From NCBI GenBank assembly GCA_021158435.1, contig JAGGUQ010000005.1, positions 527 through 64,526 on the forward strand: DNA of 64,000 nucleotides, written 5' to 3'. The stretch comes from a bacterium. GTDB lineage: Bacteria; Patescibacteriota; Patescibacteriia; UBA2591; MWDC01. Each line of letters begins with the position of its first letter. The first letter of the stretch is position 1. Made by a program: the position numbers and the translations under genes. Under the pieces are notes generated by a model. That model worked only from the letters and a program-made list of their open reading frames with translations. It was not told the DNA's origin and ran no database searches. Shown piece by piece: positions 30,333-40,956 of the stretch.

Positions 30333-32129
30333 TTACTCTTTTTTCTTTGCTGTTGCCTTAATTCTTTTTACACCTGCTCCTACTGACTCCTGTTTTACAA
30401 TCTTAAAATCTTCTATTTGCCCTGTCCTTTTCACATGAGGCCCAGCACAAATTTCCCTTGAAAAAGGATTTTTAGGATCCCCAATAGTATAAACTTTTAC
30501 TATTTTAGGATATCTTTCCTTAAAAAAAGCTAAAGCTCCTAATTTAATCGCCTCTTCATAAGTCATTTGCTCCTCAGTAACTGGCAGATCCTCTTTTATT
30601 TTTTCTTGAACTAATTTCTCTACTTTTTCTAATTCTTCTTGGGTTAATTTTCTTGGGAAAGTAAAATCAAACCTTAACCTTTCAATATTAATATCAGAAC
30701 CAGCCTGTCTTACTTCTTCTCCTAAAACTTTTCTTAAAGCAGCCTGAAGAAGATGAGTAGCTGTATGCAAATGGGCAACTTTTTCTCCCCAATATTTCAA
30801 TCCTTGAAACTTTTTTTCTGCTCCTTTTTTAGAAACACTCTGATGGCGAGAAAACTCTTTCTTAAAATCCTGATAAGATACTTTTAATCCCGCCTCTTTA
30901 GCCATTTGCTCAATTATCTCAAAAGGAATCCCATAAGTATCATAAAGATGAAAAACATCTTTAGAATCCATAAATTTTAATCCTTTATTTTTTGTCTTGT
31001 TTGCTACCTGCCAAAACTTCTTTAATCCTTGTTTTAAAGAAACACTAAACTTTTCCTCTTCATTTTCAAGAACAGTTAAAATATCTGCTTGATGGGAATG
31101 AAGCTCTGGATAAATATCTTTGTAATTATCAATAACTACTTTAGCTAAATCAAGAAGATTTTTCCCCTGCATTCCCAAAAGATTTGCATATCTTATTGAA
31201 CGTCTAATCAATCTACGCAGAACATACGACCTCTCCTCTTTCCCGGGCAAAACCCCATCAGCAATTAAAAATACGCTTGCCCTTATATGGTCAGCAATAA
31301 TTCTTTGATAATTCAAATTCGACTTTTTAGCAAATAACTTAATTTTATCCATTATAGGCAAAAAAAGATCTGTTTGGTAATCTGAAGAAAGATTATTAAG
31401 AATGCAAGTCAATCTTTCTAAACCAGCTCCAGTATCAATATTATGTTTTTTGAGCTTTTCTAATTTTCCTGATTCCAACTGGTTATATTCCATAAAAACT
31501 AAATTCCAAATCTCAACAAACCTCCCACACCCACAATTTGGGCCGCAAGTTTTTAAAGTATGAGGCCTAATTTCCCATTCTTTCCCCCGATCATAATATA
31601 TTTCTGAACAAGGCCCACAAGGACCAGATGAGGCAATTGGGCCCCAGAAATTCTCTTTTTTACCAAACCAAAAAATATGAGAATCTGGGATAGAATATTT
31701 TTTCCATAAGCGAGCAGCTTGTTCATCTCTTGGTATATCTTTTTCTCCTTTAAAAACAGTTATATATAACCTGTCCAAAGGAATAGAAAAAACTTTTCTT
31801 AACAACTCCAAGGCTAAAACAATTGCTCCTTCTTTGAAATAATCGCCAAAAGACCAATTCCCTAACATCTCAAAAAAGGTATGATGAAACTCGTCCCCTA
31901 CTCCCTCAATATCTGAAGTTCTAAAACATTTTTGAGCGCTAGCTGCCCTTTTAAAAGGAGGTACAGTATCACCCAAAAAATAAGGAATGAACTGCTGCAT
32001 ACCAGCAGAAGTAAAAAGAACTGTTGTATCCGCTGGAATTAAAGATGAACTTGGAACTATTTGATGCTTATTCTTCTCAAAAAAATTCAAAAATTTACTC
32101 CTGATTTCTCTTGAAGTAATTTTTTCCAT
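30333..32129 (-). CDS. alaS: Alanyl-tRNA synthetase, short form
   Basis: LFTSAGMQQF, HHTFFEMLGNWSFGDYFK, IDTGAGLER, IADHIR, HTATHLL, EICAGPHV; ends without a C-Ala domain. Confidence 0.97.
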   Translation of the reverse strand: MEKITSREIRSKFLNFFEKNKHQIVPSSSLIPADTTVLFTSAGMQQFIPYFLGDTVPPFKRAASAQKCFRTSDIEGVGDEFHHTFFEMLGNWSFGDYFKEGAIVLALELLRKVFSIPLDRLYITVFKGEKDIPRDEQAARLWKKYSIPDSHIFWFGKKENFWGPIASSGPCGPCSEIYYDRGKEWEIRPHTLKTCGPNCGCGRFVEIWNLVFMEYNQLESGKLEKLKKHNIDTGAGLERLTCILNNLSSDYQTDLFLPIMDKIKLFAKKSNLNYQRIIADHIRASVFLIADGVLPGKEERSYVLRRLIRRSIRYANLLGMQGKNLLDLAKVVIDNYKDIYPELHSHQADILTVLENEEEKFSVSLKQGLKKFWQVANKTKNKGLKFMDSKDVFHLYDTYGIPFEIIEQMAKEAGLKVSYQDFKKEFSRHQSVSKKGAEKKFQGLKYWGEKVAHLHTATHLLQAALRKVLGEEVRQAGSDINIERLRFDFTFPRKLTQEELEKVEKLVQEKIKEDLPVTEEQMTYEEAIKLGALAFFKERYPKIVKVYTIGDPKNPFSREICAGPHVKRTGQIEDFKIVKQESVGAGVKRIKATAKKKE

Positions 32130-33168
32130 TTGACTTTAAAAAATAACTGAAAGCCAAAGATATGACCTTTTTAAAATAAGGAAGTAAGAAAATAAGACCA
32201 AAAATTACTGAAATAAAATCAAAAAATCGACAAATTAAACTAAAACTCAAACCTAGCCGAGCAGGAACCCCAATACTACTAAAACCTAAACTATAAGCTC
32301 CTTCATAAAAACCAATACTTGCCGGAACAGGGAAAAACCCTCCTAAAGTGGCAACTATTCTTGCTACTAGACTATGAAACAAAGAAACTCCCTTGCCAAC
32401 AAAACCAAGAAAAAATTGAGCCTGAATACCTAAAACCAAAAAGTAAATCACTTCAAGAAAAATACAAGTCCAGAAATCAGATTTTTTGCTTTTATGAAAA
32501 AAATCAATTGAAGCGCTACCAATTGACTTTATCCTTTGTTTAACATTATTCTGATTATTTTGGACAAAGGACATTTTTGAAATCCAATAAAATAATAAAG
32601 ACAGCTTTTTTTTCTTTAAAAGCAAATAAAAAGCAAAACCCATTAAAAGGCTAACCAGCAAACAAAGTCCAGCCCAAATAAAACTCTTTTTTATAAGAAA
32701 AAATAAAGAACAAACAAAAAGAAGCACCCCTAAAGCAATGCCTTCTACTATCCTGTCAATAATAATAGAAGCTAATCCATAACTAAAAGGTATTCTTAAT
32801 TCTTCTTTTAAAAGAAACGGTCTAACAACTTCTCCTCCGTAATTTGTCCCTGGCGTTATATAAGAAACAGCAAGGCAAGATAGCCTTATTTTCATTAAAG
32901 AAATAACTGAAATATTTTTTTTGCTTTTGTCTAAACTCTCTAAAACTAATCTCCAACGAAGAGCAAAAATAAAGATGTTAAATAAAGCTAAAAACCCAAG
33001 CAAAATTATCCTATACGTCCCAATAGATAAAATATAAGAAACCGTTTCCTCTATACCTAAACGGAAGTATATCCAAACAACAATTAATACGCCAATGAAT
33101 GTCAAAAAAGAAAAATAGAAAAAAGATAATATTTTTTCCCGAATTAATTTGCTACTAGAATCATCCAT
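32095..33168 (-). CDS. Lysylphosphatidylglycerol-synthase TM / flippase-like (UPF0104) membrane protein
   Basis: RW..VL, ITPG..GGEVVR, SIIIDR, P.SIGFYE; many TMs. Confidence 0.8.
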   Translation of the reverse strand: MDDSSSKLIREKILSFFYFSFLTFIGVLIVVWIYFRLGIEETVSYILSIGTYRIILLGFLALFNIFIFALRWRLVLESLDKSKKNISVISLMKIRLSCLAVSYITPGTNYGGEVVRPFLLKEELRIPFSYGLASIIIDRIVEGIALGVLLFVCSLFFLIKKSFIWAGLCLLVSLLMGFAFYLLLKKKKLSLLFYWISKMSFVQNNQNNVKQRIKSIGSASIDFFHKSKKSDFWTCIFLEVIYFLVLGIQAQFFLGFVGKGVSLFHSLVARIVATLGGFFPVPASIGFYEGAYSLGFSSIGVPARLGLSFSLICRFFDFISVIFGLIFLLPYFKKVISLAFSYFLKSNGKNYFKRNQE

Positions 33169-33182
33169 ATATAACTAATAAT

Positions 33183-34658
33183 TTAACTATTCTTTTTTTC
33201 TCCACTTGATAAATCAGAGGAACCTTTTTTTCTCCTATATTCTTTAAGACACTTTTTACAAAGCACTGGCCTAACTCCATCTGGGATAAAAGGAACTAAA
33301 ACTTTTGCCCCGCAAGAATCACATTTAGCTTCATAACGAGCAGAAGTTTTTGGAACAGGTGTTTTGCTTTCCTCCTGCTTTGTACTCCAAATATATATTT
33401 TCCTTTCAACTTCCTCTCTTTTCGAAGCATACCTTTCCCGAGAAACCCGAATAATCTTTTCAATATTACCTTCTGGTTTGGACAAAGGTGGTAAACCTAT
33501 AGCTGAAAAAGGATCTGAAGTTACTCCATCAACCATAAGTTTAACATACATTTCAAACTGATCTAAATTAACCATATCCTCAGGGGTAAAGAATGGATAA
33601 AACTCCTTGCTTAAAAATTCTGCATCTTCTGGCCCAACCCTAAAACAAACTATTGTTCCAACATTGCCTAAAATAGCTGATCTTACCTTAGTATCTAATT
33701 GATCAATATATTGATGGGCTAAAATTAAACCTAAATGATATTTCCTTGCTTCAGAAAGAATATTAACAAAAGCCTCTGTAGCAAAGTTTTGGAACTCATC
33801 AACATAAAGGTAAAAATCTTTCCTTTGATTCTCTGGCAAATCAATTCTACTCATTGCTGCTAACTGAATTTTAGTAATCATCATAGCTCCAATTAAAGCT
33901 GAGGCATCTTCTCCTATTCTACCTTTAGATAAATTTAAAATAAGAATTTTCTCTTCATCCATTATCTCTCTTAACCTAATTTTAGACTTAACCTGGCCAA
34001 TAATATTCCTAATTAGAGAAGTAGACAAAAACTGCCCAACCTTATTCTGGATAGGAGAAATTGCCTCAACCTGGAATCTATCTGGATAACGAGAAAATTC
34101 ATCTACCCAAAAAGATCTAACAACAGGATCAGTCAAATGAGTAACTACCCTTTTTCTAAAATCTTTGTCAGAAAGAATTCTCATAATACCCAATAAAGTA
34201 CTCCCTGGATATTCTAAAAGGGCTAAAATAGCATTACGCAAAACATATTCTAATCTTGGGCCCCAAGAATCTGCCCATAACTTTTTAAAAACAGCTATTA
34301 ATCCTGAAGCCACTAAATGCCTTTGAGAAGGATCAACATGCTCTAAAACATTAAAAGCAATGGGATAGTCTATATCAGCTGGGTTAAAATAAATTGTATC
34401 ATTAACCCTATAAGAAGGAATAAAATTTAAAACTTTCTCAGCTAAATCCCCATGCGGATCAATAACAGCCAAACCTCTCCCTGCTTTAACATCCTGATAA
34501 ATCATATTTTCTAACATTGTACTCTTTCCTGTCCCTGTTTTCCCAACCAAATACATATGGTGCCGACGATCTGGAGTTTTTATTCCAAAACGCCGATGAG
34601 TGTTTCGGTAGTTAATTTGACCAAAATAAACTACATCTTTTTGAGAGTCTTCATTCAT
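33183..34658 (-). CDS. VirB4/TraG(TrwB)-like ATPase with C-terminal CxxC-x17-CxxC domain
   Basis: HMYLVGKTGTGKST, IDPHGDL, LYVDEFQNF, SEARKY, AHQYIDQL; tail CDSCG..VPF.P..RPVLCKKC. Confidence 0.85.
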   Translation of the reverse strand: MNEDSQKDVVYFGQINYRNTHRRFGIKTPDRRHHMYLVGKTGTGKSTMLENMIYQDVKAGRGLAVIDPHGDLAEKVLNFIPSYRVNDTIYFNPADIDYPIAFNVLEHVDPSQRHLVASGLIAVFKKLWADSWGPRLEYVLRNAILALLEYPGSTLLGIMRILSDKDFRKRVVTHLTDPVVRSFWVDEFSRYPDRFQVEAISPIQNKVGQFLSTSLIRNIIGQVKSKIRLREIMDEEKILILNLSKGRIGEDASALIGAMMITKIQLAAMSRIDLPENQRKDFYLYVDEFQNFATEAFVNILSEARKYHLGLILAHQYIDQLDTKVRSAILGNVGTIVCFRVGPEDAEFLSKEFYPFFTPEDMVNLDQFEMYVKLMVDGVTSDPFSAIGLPPLSKPEGNIEKIIRVSRERYASKREEVERKIYIWSTKQEESKTPVPKTSARYEAKCDSCGAKVLVPFIPDGVRPVLCKKCLKEYRRKKGSSDLSSGEKKNS

Positions 34659-34704
34659 AATACTTTAATTATCTCAAAAAAAAGCCTTTTGTAAAGAAAA
34701 TTCC

Positions 34705-35808
34705 TTAAGACATTTTCCCTTCCTTTCCTCGATTTTTTAAAAAACAAAACTCCATTAAAAAATCAAAAAGCAAAACAAGACTTATTAGTAAAACAATCAA
34801 AATCAACTTAACTTTTGTTCTAAAAAACAAAGCAATCCCTCCCCATAAAGCACTAATTATCCAAAGAAAAAATACTGCTCCTTTGTGAGAAAACCCCAAT
34901 TTTAACAAACGGAAATGAAAATGTTCTTGTCCAGCAAGAAAAGGAGACTTATGTTCTTTAAAAATTCTATACAAAATGACCCAAATTACATCTAGAATTG
35001 CCACTCCTAAAACTAAAAAGCTTATCGCAACTTTGCTTCCAGAAATAAGAGAAAGGCACCCTAAATAAAAACCAACCATTAAACTCCCCCCTTCTCCCAA
35101 GAAAATCTTAGCTGGGTGAAAATTAAAAATAAGGAACCCAGCTAAACTCCCGGCAAAAATCAAAGCAAGCAAGCCTACATCCGGCTGATAAAATTGCGTA
35201 AATAAACAAAGACCAAAAATCACTAAACAAGCAATTATTCCCATCCCAGAAACCAAACCATCCAATCCATCGAGTAATTTAGTTGAATAAGACAAAACCA
35301 ATAACCAAATAAAAGTAAAAATGTCTGCCCAAGGAGTAAAATAATAAGGCAGACCATGAAAACGAAAAACCTCTATTTTTAAACTGTCAAAATGAATATA
35401 GCCTTGAGAAAAAGGATTGTTAATATAATTAATGCCAAGACCGCTACCAATAACAACTAATGAGGCTAAAATCGGCCAAATTATTTGCTGCTTAGGCTTT
35501 AAATGGAAACAATCATCTAAAAATCCGCCAATAACAAGAATTAATCCAGAAATACTTAGCCCGATTAAGTTCTTTAATTGAATATTTTTGCTTGGCAAAT
35601 AGCCAAAAAGATAAGAAAAAAATATTGTTAAAATAAAAGAAAGGAAAACTGCTGTCCCTCCTAATAAAGGAGTTGGTTTTTTATGTATTTTCCGAGAATC
35701 TGAGTTTGGATAATCTAAAATATTGTACCTAAAAGCAATCCTTTTTACTATTAAAGTAAAAACTATTGATAAAATAAAACTTAAAATTAAAAAAAGGAAT
35801 AAATACAT
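34705..35808 (-). CDS. WecA/MraY-family (GT4) glycosyl-phosphate transferase
   Basis: RKIHKKPTPLLGG, GFLDD, LDGLDGL, NFHPAKIFLGEGG, HFHFRL. Confidence 0.9.
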   Translation of the reverse strand: MYLFLFLILSFILSIVFTLIVKRIAFRYNILDYPNSDSRKIHKKPTPLLGGTAVFLSFILTIFFSYLFGYLPSKNIQLKNLIGLSISGLILVIGGFLDDCFHLKPKQQIIWPILASLVVIGSGLGINYINNPFSQGYIHFDSLKIEVFRFHGLPYYFTPWADIFTFIWLLVLSYSTKLLDGLDGLVSGMGIIACLVIFGLCLFTQFYQPDVGLLALIFAGSLAGFLIFNFHPAKIFLGEGGSLMVGFYLGCLSLISGSKVAISFLVLGVAILDVIWVILYRIFKEHKSPFLAGQEHFHFRLLKLGFSHKGAVFFLWIISALWGGIALFFRTKVKLILIVLLISLVLLFDFLMEFCFLKNRGKEGKMS

Positions 35809-36206
35809 TATAAATGCTTATTTAAAAATTTCCTTTTTTCAAGCCATCTTTGCAAAATCAAGGCAGCAGAACTATCATGAGAAATTTTTTCTCCTTTTTG
35901 CAAAATAGATTTTGTTGTCAAACGCTCATCAAAAGTTTCAACAGGAATATCAATACTCTCTTTTAACAAATTAACAAAACTTTCTGTTTTTCTTGTTTGT
36001 TCAGTAAAATTTGCGCTTAATCCATAGGGCAATCCAACAATTACTTTATTAACCCCTTGCTCCTGAATAATTTTTAAAATTTGAGATACTAAACTCTTTT
36101 TACCCTTATTCTCTACCACTTTATAAGGAAAAGCAATATTAAGGGGCTCTTCAGCTAAAGATAAACCAACATATTTGTCTCCAAAATCAATCCCTAAAAA
36201 CTTCAT
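35808..36206 (-). CDS. ruvX: YqgF/RuvX pre-16S rRNA nuclease
   Basis: LGIDFG..VGLS, IVGLP, DERLTT, D..AALILQ. Confidence 0.92.
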   Translation of the reverse strand: MKFLGIDFGDKYVGLSLAEEPLNIAFPYKVVENKGKKSLVSQILKIIQEQGVNKVIVGLPYGLSANFTEQTRKTESFVNLLKESIDIPVETFDERLTTKSILQKGEKISHDSSAALILQRWLEKRKFLNKHL

Positions 36207-36985
36207 AAATCCTCTAAAGAAGTTAAAATTTCAAAACCACTTTCTGTAACTAAAATAGTATGCTCAAAATGAGATGATAAACACCCATTAGCTGTAACAA
36301 TTGTCCACCCATCATCTTTTAATACTTCTATCTCCTCTGTAGAAGTGCTAATTATTGGCTCAATTGCCAGACACATTCCTTTCAAAAGTTTAGGGCCTGT
36401 TTTGGGTTTGCCATAATTAAAAATAACTGGTGGTTCGTGAAGTTTCTTCCCAATACCATGACCAGTTAAATCCTTTAAAACAAAAAATCCATTTTTTTCA
36501 ACCCAACTTTCAATAGCAGAAGACACATCTCCCAAAAAAGCACCTGGTTTAATTTTGCTAATACCACGATAAAGCGCTTGTTGATTTACTTTGATTAAAC
36601 GTAAAGCCTCTTCAGAAATTTTTCCTACAGGAACAGTTATCGCCATATCAGAAAAATAACCTTTAAAATTTACACCAGCATCTATACTTAAAATATCCCC
36701 TTGTTTAAGCTTTCTTAAACTTGGGAAAGCATGAACTGCTTGTTCATTTAAACTAGTGCAGAGAATAAAAGGATATGGTTCAGCACCCTTATCTTCTGAA
36801 GGAAAACCCTTAAAAGCTGGTTTAGCTTTTGCTTTCTCTAAATACTCTTCAGCTATTTTCTCTAAATCTAAAGTAGTTATACCTGGTTTTACTTCTTTTA
36901 TTAATTTACTAATAAGTCCAGCCAAAATCTTCCCACTCTGCCGCATTAGCTCTATTTCCTGAACAGTCTTTATTGGAATGCGCAT
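36203..36985 (-). CDS. map: Methionine aminopeptidase type I
   Basis: SIDAG..YFSDMA, GHGIG..LHEPP, AIEP, SHFEHTI. Confidence 0.97.
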   Translation of the reverse strand: MRIPIKTVQEIELMRQSGKILAGLISKLIKEVKPGITTLDLEKIAEEYLEKAKAKPAFKGFPSEDKGAEPYPFILCTSLNEQAVHAFPSLRKLKQGDILSIDAGVNFKGYFSDMAITVPVGKISEEALRLIKVNQQALYRGISKIKPGAFLGDVSSAIESWVEKNGFFVLKDLTGHGIGKKLHEPPVIFNYGKPKTGPKLLKGMCLAIEPIISTSTEEIEVLKDDGWTIVTANGCLSSHFEHTILVTESGFEILTSLEDL

Positions 36986-37036
36986 TCTATTTTATTAATA
37001 TTAATTATAACTATAAAAACTCTTCCTTGTAAGCTT

Positions 37037-37720
37037 TTAACCTATCTTCTGCTTCAAATTTTTTTTAATTTCTTTAAACACAGCTTCTGGTGGCTGATTG
37101 CCATTTATTTTTATGATTTTGCCTGTGCCTTTATAATAATCTAAAACTGGTTCTGTTTGCTTCTTATAAACCTGAAATCTTTTTCTAATCACCTCAGGTT
37201 TATCATCGCTTCTTCTAATTATTTTACCATGACACAAAGGACAAATCTTGCTTCCCTTAGGAATGGTTACTCCATTAATAAAAATAGACTCGCACTTCTC
37301 GCACATTCTTCTCTTCCTTAAACGACTAACTGCTTCTTTTAAGGGAAGAGATATATAAACTAAATAAAAATCATCAAAAGAACGTTTATTAGCTTTCAAA
37401 ATTTTTTCTAAAACTTTAACTTGTTTTTTTGTTCTCGGAAAGCCATCAAAAATAAGAGGTTGCCCTTTTTTTATTTTTTTCACCTCTTTAGTTAAAACAT
37501 TCTCAATAATATCAACTGGTACTATTTTCCCTTTTTCAACATATGATTTTATCTTTCTACCTAAAGCACTTCTTGTTTTAGACAAATCTCTTAAACAATC
37601 TCCAACTTCTATAACTTTAAAACCCATTGCTTTAGCTAACATCCTTGTCTGAGTCCCTTTTCCTGAACCAGGAGGACCAATAAAACATAGGGTAATATTT
37701 CTATTTCCCTTCATATTCAT
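37037..37720 (-). CDS. adk: Adenylate kinase (Zn-lid type)
   Basis: [16 protein letters not shown], CxxC..CxxC lid, RSDD; follows secY. Confidence 0.95.
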   Translation of the reverse strand: MNMKGNRNITLCFIGPPGSGKGTQTRMLAKAMGFKVIEVGDCLRDLSKTRSALGRKIKSYVEKGKIVPVDIIENVLTKEVKKIKKGQPLIFDGFPRTKKQVKVLEKILKANKRSFDDFYLVYISLPLKEAVSRLRKRRMCEKCESIFINGVTIPKGSKICPLCHGKIIRRSDDKPEVIRKRFQVYKKQTEPVLDYYKGTGKIIKINGNQPPEAVFKEIKKNLKQKIG

Positions 37721-38975
37721 AAACAGATATTTGAGCTTTTAATTGATTAACTGTTTCCAAAATAACACTTACTACAATTAGAACAGCCGCACCTCCAACA
37801 GTAAAGGTCGTCACTTTAAAAACACCTCGAGTAATTACTGGCAAAACAGCAATAATACCTAATCCTAAAGCTCCAAAAAACAAAATCCTTTGGGTAGTAA
37901 AAGATAGATATTCAGTTGTTGGTTTCCCTGGACGAATTCCAGGTATAAAAGCTCCTGAACGTTGAAGATTTTCTGAAATTTGATCTGGATGGAAAATAAC
38001 GCTTGTATAAAAATAGGTAAAAGCAAAAACTAGAGCAAAATAAATTATTCCATAAATAACTTGATTTTGAAATAAACTAATTAAAACATTGCCCAAATTT
38101 GAAACCCAAGATACAGAACTTCTCACCAAAAATTGGCCAATTAAACTAGGGAATAAAACTAAAGCCATGGCAAAAATAATTGGAATCATCCCTACAGGAT
38201 TTACTCGCAAAGGCAAATAAGTATCCATACCCCCATACATCTTATTTCCTCTTATTCGCCGAGCATAAGAAACAGGGATATGACGCTGCCCTTCACTCAA
38301 ATAAACAACAGCAACAATAGTTAAAACTGCTAAAATAACAAAAATTATATAATTTGTAATTTGGCTGGGTTCAAAAGTCACAATCATCCTCTGTAAAGAC
38401 AAAGGAATTCTTTCTAAAATCCCTGCTAAGATTAGTAAGGAAATGCCATTGCCAATATGCTTTTCAGTAATTAATTCTCCTATCCAAACCAAAAACATTG
38501 TCCCAGCAGCCATAGTTACAATTGCTGTTATTAATTTTATTCCTGTTAAACCGCTAATTAATCCCATCTGGCTTCTCGAAAGCAAGGTAATCATTGCATA
38601 AGACTGAAGCATAGCCAAAGGTATAGTAGCTAAATTGGTATATTGATTGATTTTTTCTCTTCCTCGAGAACCCTGCTTAGCTAGCTCTTCTAAAGAAGGA
38701 ATTACCATTGTTAAAAGCTGAATAATAATTGAAGCAGTAATATAAGGAGCAAGGCCTAAAGCAACTATAGAAAAACTTGCCATTGCTCCCCCAGAAAGCA
38801 AATTTAGCATTCCTAAAAGCTGATTATTAGAAAAGAAATCCTCTAATGCTTTTAAATCTATCCCTGGTAAAGGAATGTGGGCAGCAAATCTAAAAACACA
38901 AAGCATTGCTAAAACAAAAAGGATCCTTTTTCTCAAATTTTTTATTCGAAAAGCCTGAGCAAAAACTTCAAACAT
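37701..38975 (-). CDS. secY: Preprotein translocase SecY
   Basis: [37 protein letters not shown]. Confidence 0.98.
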   Translation of the reverse strand: MFEVFAQAFRIKNLRKRILFVLAMLCVFRFAAHIPLPGIDLKALEDFFSNNQLLGMLNLLSGGAMASFSIVALGLAPYITASIIIQLLTMVIPSLEELAKQGSRGREKINQYTNLATIPLAMLQSYAMITLLSRSQMGLISGLTGIKLITAIVTMAAGTMFLVWIGELITEKHIGNGISLLILAGILERIPLSLQRMIVTFEPSQITNYIIFVILAVLTIVAVVYLSEGQRHIPVSYARRIRGNKMYGGMDTYLPLRVNPVGMIPIIFAMALVLFPSLIGQFLVRSSVSWVSNLGNVLISLFQNQVIYGIIYFALVFAFTYFYTSVIFHPDQISENLQRSGAFIPGIRPGKPTTEYLSFTTQRILFFGALGLGIIAVLPVITRGVFKVTTFTVGGAAVLIVVSVILETVNQLKAQISVYEYEGK

Positions 38976-38996
38976 AATTATAAATTTAATAAAACT

Positions 38997-39461
38997 TTAC
39001 TTAGAAAGAATTATTGCCTTCCCTCCGCTTTTGGCAATTTCTTCTTTTGCTTTATTGGAAAAAAAGTGAGCGCTTATTTCCAATCCTTTTGACAGCTTCC
39101 CTCTAGCTAAAACTTTAACTAAAGAATTTTCATTCTTAATTAACTTATCTCTAAAAAGAACTTCAGGATTAATTTTTTCCCCTTGTTTATACTTTTTGTC
39201 TAAAACATCCAAATTTACTATTTCTATATCCCTCTTATTTTTTCTTAAAATAAAATTACCAGCGCCTCTTACTTTTGGCAACTGAGCAATTAAAGGTTTT
39301 AACCCTCTTACTTTCAAACCCTTTTTCCCACCAGAACGAGATCTTTGCCCTTTTATCCCTCGGGTAGAATAATTACCTTTTCCACTAGCATTGCCTCTAC
39401 CTACCCTTTTTGGTTTTTTTCTAGATTTTTGTTTAGATAAATTGTCTAAACTAAGAGCCAT
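38997..39461 (-). CDS. rplO: 50S ribosomal protein L15
   Basis: RVGRG.ASGKG..RG.KGQRSRSG; operon position. Confidence 0.95.
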   Translation of the reverse strand: MALSLDNLSKQKSRKKPKRVGRGNASGKGNYSTRGIKGQRSRSGGKKGLKVRGLKPLIAQLPKVRGAGNFILRKNKRDIEIVNLDVLDKKYKQGEKINPEVLFRDKLIKNENSLVKVLARGKLSKGLEISAHFFSNKAKEEIAKSGGKAIILSK

Positions 39462-39475
39462 CCTACAGTTAATTA

Positions 39476-39976
39476 TTATTTATCATTATTAGAAGATTTT
39501 AAGTCCCTTTTTCTTATTTTACGAAAAGCCAAAAGAACAGCCTTTAAATTATTAATCTTGCTTTTTGACCCTAATATCTTTGCTGTCACATTCCTGTATC
39601 CTGCTAGCTCAAAAAGAGCTCTAATTGAACCTCCTACAACAAGCCCTGATCCTTCTGGTGCTGGCCTTATTCTAACTTTACTAGCTTTAAATTTAGCTTC
39701 CAAGAAATGAGGCACACTACCCTGTTCATTAATTGGTACAGTAATTAAATTCTTTTTTGCCTTATTAACAGCTTTACTAATCGCAGTTGAAACATCCGGA
39801 TTTTTCCCTATTCCCATACCAACTCTGCCTTTTTTATCACCAATAACTACTGTTGCTCGAAAGGAAAGTCTTCTTCCACCCGCAACAGTCCTAGTTACTC
39901 TTCTAACTTCTATTAATTGTTCTTCAAATTCTTTGTCCTGTGATTTTGTATTTTTTTCTGTTCCTTTTTTCCTCAT
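39476..39976 (-). CDS. rpsE: 30S ribosomal protein S5
   Basis: RVTRTVAGGRR.SF, PAPEGSG. Confidence 0.96.
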   Translation of the reverse strand: MRKKGTEKNTKSQDKEFEEQLIEVRRVTRTVAGGRRLSFRATVVIGDKKGRVGMGIGKNPDVSTAISKAVNKAKKNLITVPINEQGSVPHFLEAKFKASKVRIRPAPEGSGLVVGGSIRALFELAGYRNVTAKILGSKSKINNLKAVLLAFRKIRKRDLKSSNNDK

Positions 39977-39981
39977 AGTTT

Positions 39982-40371
39982 TTAAAAAATCAAACCATTT
40001 TTCCGGGCACCTTCGGCTAAAGCTTTAACCCGGCCATGATATTTATAAAAACCTCTATCAAAAACTACTTTTGTAATATTTTTTTCTTTTGCCTTTTTAG
40101 CAATAAGCTCCCCTACTTTAAATGCTAAGTCAGTTTTATTTATTGATTCGGCTTTTTTGCTCTTTTCTTTTGAAGAAATTTCAATATCACTAGCTGATGC
40201 CAAAACATGACCTGAAGACAAATCAATTAATTGAGCATAAATATGACGATTAGAACGAAAAACTGAAAGACGGGGATACTTTAATCCTGAAATTTTTTTT
40301 ATCTTTGTTCTAACTCTTTTTGCTTTCAATTTTCTTTTGGCCCACTTTTCCTTGTTAAAATCTTTTGCCAT
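39982..40371 (-). CDS. rplR: 50S ribosomal protein L18
   Basis: [36 protein letters not shown]. Confidence 0.97.
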   Translation of the reverse strand: MAKDFNKEKWAKRKLKAKRVRTKIKKISGLKYPRLSVFRSNRHIYAQLIDLSSGHVLASASDIEISSKEKSKKAESINKTDLAFKVGELIAKKAKEKNITKVVFDRGFYKYHGRVKALAEGARKNGLIF

Positions 40372-40381
40372 AGTTTAGTTA

Positions 40382-40942
40382 TTATTTAGCTGCAGTTGTA
40401 GCTTTTTTACCGACTTTAGTTTTTATTTCTTCGCCAACATATCTTATTCCTGTACCCTTATACGGTTCAGGAGGTCTAAACCTTCTTATTTGAGCTGCAG
40501 TTTCCCCAACCAACTCTTTTGACGCTCCTTGAATCTTAACTACATTCTTTTCTACAGAAATTTTAATTCCTTGCGGAATTTCGTATTCTACTGGGTGAGA
40601 AAACCCCAACTGAAGAACTAACTTATCTCCTTGTAATTCAGCTCGATAACCAACACCAACCAGCTCTAATGACTTCTCAAAGCCTTGTTTCACCCCAATA
40701 ATCATATTATTTAATACCCTAACCATTGTCCCTAAAATAGCTCTTTGTTTCTTGTTTTGAATATTTCTTACCCTCAAGGTAATAGAATTCCCCTTTTGAT
40801 TAACAATCAAACAATGAGGCAAAGCTCTTTCTAAAGAACCAAGAGGGCCTGAAACTTTTAATAGCCTTTGCCCTTGGTCTTGTTCTATTTTTACCTCAAC
40901 ATCATCTGGGACAATTAAAGGTTTTTTAGCTAATCGTGACAT
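40382..40942 (-). CDS. rplF: 50S ribosomal protein L6
   Basis: MSRLAKKP, GVGYRA, LGFSHP, PEPYKGTGIRY. Confidence 0.97.
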   Translation of the reverse strand: MSRLAKKPLIVPDDVEVKIEQDQGQRLLKVSGPLGSLERALPHCLIVNQKGNSITLRVRNIQNKKQRAILGTMVRVLNNMIIGVKQGFEKSLELVGVGYRAELQGDKLVLQLGFSHPVEYEIPQGIKISVEKNVVKIQGASKELVGETAAQIRRFRPPEPYKGTGIRYVGEEIKTKVGKKATTAAK

Positions 40943-40956
40943 ATATTAAACAAACT

